A DNA stretch of 64,000 bases from an uncultured Dehalococcoidia bacterium (GTDB lineage: Bacteria; Chloroflexota; Dehalococcoidia; DSTF01; JACRBR01), in contig CAZRHH010000010.1 in assembly GCA_964599885.1 (NCBI GenBank), positions 2,507 through 66,506 on the forward strand, read 5' to 3'. Positions within the stretch are counted from its first letter, which is position 1, and each line of letters begins with the position of its first letter. The translations under genes and the position numbers were made by a program. Shown here one piece after another: positions 61,868 to 64,000 of the stretch. The notes under the pieces are model-generated. The model had not been told where the DNA came from, made no database searches, and saw only the letters and a program-made list of their open reading frames with translations.

Positions 61868-63181
61868 GTGTCGCTCGAACCAGGCCGTATCTACACCGAC
61901 GAACTCCACGAGCACGCCGGCGAACGCGTCCGCATCGCCGGCTGGCTCCACCGCGTCCGCCGCCTCAGCAACGTCACGTTCGTCATCGTCCGGGACGCCC
62001 GCGGCCTCGCCCAGGTGATCGTTGCCGATGCAACCACCGCCGCGCAGCTCGACAACCTCCACGCCGAATCTGTCATCGCCATCACCGGCGTGGTCGTCGA
62101 AAACGCGCAGGCGCCGTCCGGCTACGAGATCCACAAACCAGCGATCGACGTTATCTCCGCGTCCAGCGCGCCACCGCCAATCGACATGTTCCGGCCCACC
62201 CTCAAAGCCACGCTCCCGGTCCTGCTCGACAACGCTGCTCTCACCCTGCGCCATCCGCGACGCCGAGCGCTTTGGCGTCTCGCCGCCGCGTCCGTCGCCG
62301 GCTTCCGCGCCACGCTCGACGCCACGAGCTTCGTCGAGATCCACACGCCCAAACTCGTTGCCGCCGCAACCGAGGGCGGCGCCAATGTCTTCCCGGTCGA
62401 CTACTTCGGTCGCCCCGCCTACCTCGCGCAGAGCCCACAGTTCTACAAGCAGATCATGGTCGGCGTCTTCGAGCGCGTCTACGAAGTCGGGCCAGTCTTC
62501 CGCGCCGAACCCCACGACACCACCCGTCACCTCAACGAATACACGTCACTCGACGCCGAGATGGGCTTCATCGTTGACCACACAACCATCATGGCGACCC
62601 TCACGCGCAGCATCGCCGGCATGCTCGACGCCATCAGTGCTCGCGAACCCGAAGCCCTGCGCCTGCTCGACCTCACCCTGCCCGACGTCCCTGCCGAGAT
62701 CCCCGCGATCCAATTCAGTGACGCCCTCCGCCTCATCCACGAAGCCACCGGCGAAGACTGCCTCGCGGAACCCGACCTCGCACCGGCCCACGAGCGCTGG
62801 CTCGGCGCCTGGGCGCGCGAGCAACGCAACTCCGACTTCCTCTTCGTCGTCGGCTACCCCATGACGAAGCGCCCCTTCTACACCCACCCCGATCCCGACC
62901 GCCCCGCATACTCCAACAGCTTCGACCTCCTCTTCCGAGGCCTCGAACTCGTCACCGGCGGCCAGCGCCTCCACCGCTACGACCACTACATCGCCGCCCT
63001 CGCCGCCCGCAATCAGGACCCCGACCAGCTCGCCGGCTACCTCGACGCCTTCCGCTACGGCATGCCCCCGCACGGCGGCTTCGCCATCGGCCTCGAACGC
63101 TTCATCGCCCAGCTCACCAACACCGCAAACGTGCGAGAAGTAGCCCTCTTCCCCAGAGACCAACAACGACTCTCGCCGTAG
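61868..63181 (+). CDS. aspS: Aspartate--tRNA(Asp/Asn) ligase, archaeal-type non-discriminating
   Basis: EGGANVF, LAQSPQFYKQ, FRAEPHDTTRHLNE, SFDLLFRGLE, GMPPHGG, LFPRD; GAGGAGG RBS before GTG 61868. Confidence 0.93.
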   Translation: MSLEPGRIYTDELHEHAGERVRIAGWLHRVRRLSNVTFVIVRDARGLAQVIVADATTAAQLDNLHAESVIAITGVVVENAQAPSGYEIHKPAIDVISASSAPPPIDMFRPTLKATLPVLLDNAALTLRHPRRRALWRLAAASVAGFRATLDATSFVEIHTPKLVAAATEGGANVFPVDYFGRPAYLAQSPQFYKQIMVGVFERVYEVGPVFRAEPHDTTRHLNEYTSLDAEMGFIVDHTTIMATLTRSIAGMLDAISAREPEALRLLDLTLPDVPAEIPAIQFSDALRLIHEATGEDCLAEPDLAPAHERWLGAWAREQRNSDFLFVVGYPMTKRPFYTHPDPDRPAYSNSFDLLFRGLELVTGGQRLHRYDHYIAALAARNQDPDQLAGYLDAFRYGMPPHGGFAIGLERFIAQLTNTANVREVALFPRDQQRLSP

Positions 63182-63269
63182 CCGTGTCGCGTGCAGCGGG
63201 CTGTCGCCCGAGGCGTCGGGCGTTGCAGCGCGTTCGTCGTGCGGTGCCGCTGCGAGCTAAACTCTCTCC

Positions 63270-64000
63270 ATGAACCGGCGCGCTCCCGGGCTGATCGGCA
63301 TCGCGCTGCTCGCGGTGCTCCTGAGCGCCACCGCCTGCGGTGACTCCGACGCGACCCGCACGCCACCTGGCTCGACGGACACCTCCGCGGCCGCCTCCCG
63401 CAGCGCCACATCGACTACCGGCGCGTCCCAGCCCATCCCCTTCACCCTCACGCCTGGGAAGCGTCCAGACCCCCATCCCCTCCCAGTTGCCTCGCGGCTC
63501 CCGGCATGGGAGGACGTCCCGGATGCGATCACAGCGGTATCGCTGCCCGAGCCCGGCGTCACGATCTTGCAGTCGGGCGGCACGACGCTCGCCGTCGATA
63601 CGGCAAGTGGCGTTGTGCGGATCATCGCCGAGTTGCCGCCGGAGGTGCCTTCGGAGCGCTACCACAACGTGCAGTTCGCACCTTCGCCCGACGGCACGCG
63701 GTTCGCCTTCGCCTGCGACGACGGCGCTGCATGGACTCACTTCCGCGCCGCGAATCTCTGCATCGCCGCCCCCGGTGTGCCCGCAACGATCGTCGCCAGC
63801 GTGAGCGCGCTCGCGCCAACCGCCGCCATCAAGCGGGAATCGGGCAACGGCGTCACGCTCGTCTGGAGCCCCGACGGCCGCCGCATCGCCTTCCAGGCCT
63901 ACGTCGAGACCGGCACCCCACAACGGGAGGATTCGCGAGCGCAGATCTACGTCACCGATCTCGACAGCGGCTTCACGGCGCTCATCGTGGAAAACGAACG
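63270..64000 (+). CDS. Lipoprotein with TolB-like (PD40) repeats, 3' partial
   Basis: MNRRAPGLIGIALLAVLLSATAC lipobox; PSPDGTRFAF and WSPDGRRIAF; runs off the window end. Confidence 0.8.
   Translation, partial: MNRRAPGLIGIALLAVLLSATACGDSDATRTPPGSTDTSAAASRSATSTTGASQPIPFTLTPGKRPDPHPLPVASRLPAWEDVPDAITAVSLPEPGVTILQSGGTTLAVDTASGVVRIIAELPPEVPSERYHNVQFAPSPDGTRFAFACDDGAAWTHFRAANLCIAAPGVPATIVASVSALAPTAAIKRESGNGVTLVWSPDGRRIAFQAYVETGTPQREDSRAQIYVTDLDSGFTALIVENE

Overview
High-GC bacterial chromosome segment; gene content and signals suggest Chloroflexota, probably Dehalococcoidia (inference). The flanks are housekeeping: hisS, rel, Eis-like GNAT, USP, esterase and SRPBCC/ArsR on the left; ACAD/APH pair, tRNA-Arg(CCG), cyclophilin, GH36, dapF, miaA, tpiA, apgM and a T-box-controlled ND-AspRS on the right. 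The main feature is a ~34-kb integrative element (~10249-44455) that splits comM inside the NPCPCG motif. Its junctions share a 13-bp repeat (GTACCCGCACGGG), and the left junction is palindromic around a CA/TG dinucleotide. It encodes a Zn-finger/Toprim primase-helicase with an iteron-like origin in the gene's 3' end, a ParB-fused MTase, an internal tyrosine recombinase plus recombinase remnants, and a defence-like cluster (TIR, type I RM with an embedded Abi/HEPN gene, HEPN-Zn ribbon, DUF4238). Other cargo: an ice-binding protein, a secreted nuclease and a 2009-aa RHS toxin with a lipoprotein partner. No capsid, terminase or conjugation genes were seen. Circularisation would fuse the element's last ORF in frame across the joint to a stop codon overlapping the primase start, suggesting that integration cuts the replication operon. 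A c-di-AMP riboswitch sits upstream of an unknown small Zn-finger protein. All family calls are from motif recognition; no database searches were run.
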